Assembly: GCA_973895155.1 (NCBI GenBank)
Contig: OZ316895.1
Coordinates: 9,164,184-9,228,183 of the forward strand
Direction: 5' to 3'
Origin: Marsupella aquatica
Taxonomy: Eukaryota > Plantae > Marchantiophyta
DNA length: 64,000 nt
A model generated the notes under the pieces. The model saw nothing but the letters and a program-made list of their open reading frames with translations, was not told the origin of the DNA and did no database searches. Shown here in pieces: positions 62,360-64,000 of the stretch. The position numbers and the translations under genes were made by a program. Numbering within the stretch: the first letter of the stretch is position 1; each line of letters starts with the position of its first letter.

Positions 62360-64000
62360 ATTGATACCAATAATCAATTGTTAACCATTTTTCTTCATCA
62401 CCAACTCAAAAAACAACTTCAATATTTATTCATGTACCAAGCTACTATGTGAGGATTTCTCACCAAATTCCAAATTTGAGCTTTGCTTGATTCTATCTCA
62501 TCTTGTGCATATTTTATGGGCATAAAGCGTTGTAAATTAGGCATCGATGGTCTACATCACAAACTATAAAAAGGATATGTAGACATCCCACCTCTGGGTC
62601 TTGCACCATTGCAAGTAGATCAGATTGCATGCATGTTTGACCAATACGGTCGTGTTCCTCAAATATGTTTCCCATGATGTACTATGTCCCATGGCATAGC
62701 TACTTCATTGCTTTCAAATTGTCTTATCAAATCTTCCATTGTGATTGATCTGTACTTCATTTTGATGATAATGCTTAGCATAGAACGCTTCATCAGTTTT
62801 TGTTTGTCATCTAAATATAGAATTGGCAGCAAACCATCAAAATCAAGTTAGGATGTTGTGCAAAATGAGGATCTTGTAATCATATGAGATGCTTGAAATA
62901 CTCATGGGCATTCACATTATGTGTCCATTGAGATTTTAGATCACACTTGCCATTTGGAAATAGTGTAGGGAAACTATCATGAATCTCTAAATTCATTTAA
63001 TCATTGTAATCTCAATATTGACATAAATAAGGACTCACTTTGTTGGTCTTGCCGGAATCTTGTCAGTGTACAGTCTTCCTCCGTGATTCTTGAACCAAGA
63101 TTGGGAACCATGCAATCTCTTACAAGCAAAGCTGGTTGCAATGCACAATCATTCAATATTTCACTATCATTGTCATCCATAGCATTGATGATTACTTCAG
63201 TCTCCATGAGTAGCAGGAGTGGATGGTATGACACGACATTTTGGTGGTGGTCGCTTGGCCAATGATACTTCCATTTCTTGATTTTTTATTGATAGAGGTT
63301 TATCTATCGGTGTATGTCTCTTGGGGGAATCCCAATTTGCAATATCAAAGATTGCCTTGTGGTTGTGTCTGCAAGCATAAGCCAGCCTTGCAGTAGTGCA
63401 GTTGTTTCAAAGTCACCACATTCCTATAAAGTGTCTTTACTTCTGGTCCGTCTGGCTCTTCAAATCTCTTTGAGGTTGCATCAAAGGTTCTAGGGATGTA
63501 TGCGGCTATTTGTTTGTGACACGGTCAATGTTGCATTCGTTAACCCATAGCACTATGTGTGCATATATGTAGCCATCCTCTTCCCTGCAACTTGTACCTC
63601 ATGACGTAGCGCAACACCTTGCCAAGTATCGTGTGCTTCAACAAAATATAATCTTTGAAGAAATGTTGGACTTGTTTGTGGAATAGGCGCATTCAACGGG
63701 ACAATCTTTCCAAGAGAATGATAGATTTATCTTCCTTGCAATATTTTCCAGATTGACAATCTCAAGCCAGCAGATATCGCTGAGTTTGTCGCAAGTGAGA
63801 GTCAAGAAAAAATGCGACAAACCCCATTTTCTCACCATGCACTTAAGGTTGTCAAGGTGCTTTCTGTGCCATGTCGGGTTTCCGGGAACGGTTTGGGTGA
63901 TTGTTTTTTTAATCAATGATTTGTAGATCCTATTCGATGAAATGTGAGAATTTTTGTTTGATCGGCAAGACTTATTCCTTCTTGATCACAATCATCTTGC
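62360..64000 (-). pseudogene. Helitron Rep(/helicase) remnant
   Basis: GNPTWHRKHLDNLKCMVRKWGLSHFFLTLTC (Rep motif 1) and RYKLQGRGWLHMHIVLW (HUH motif 2, ~63548-63600); VVSYHPLLLL further on; many stops. Confidence 0.78.

Larger units (their letters stand above)
40928..62360 (+). mobile_element. Bianca-like copia element C (5' LTR, long leader, gag), split by copia B and truncated at the Helitron remnant
   Basis: TGTTAAC-starting LTR-like segment to ~41050 followed by PBS-like TGTTATCATCACG; leader resumes after 60899; gag MASIEKLNFLPLTIEGENYLS at 61809, then RFDHTK..PRARHDWVNLRVQD. Confidence 0.6.

Overview
Gene-free, heavily nested transposable-element region of a plant nuclear genome (element types suggest a non-seed land plant; inference). 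In order: (1) 3' part of a CACTA/EnSpm element with a decayed TNP2-type transposase. (2) A very young non-chromovirus Ty3/gypsy element (4769-19581, TSD TCCTT) whose ~4.1 kb LTRs each carry an intact 618-aa ORF. (3) A second CACTA end. (4) Several decayed Bianca-like Ty1/copia elements, one hosting a solo LTR that also carries a decayed coiled-coil ORF. (5) A Helitron remnant. The most striking object is an 11.6 kb Mutator-like element (44166-55736, 8-bp TSD). It encodes a GCM-like/DDE/SWIM transposase and, divergently, a spliced ~1110-aa gene with an N-terminal ParB/Srx-like domain and a C-terminal beta-class amino-DNA-methyltransferase-like fold. About 22 copies of the palindrome AGCGCCNGGCGCT lie only in its introns, intergenic and subterminal DNA, and the motif is retained in four ~300-bp non-autonomous derivatives nearby. 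All domain calls are by-eye motif recognition, not database searches.
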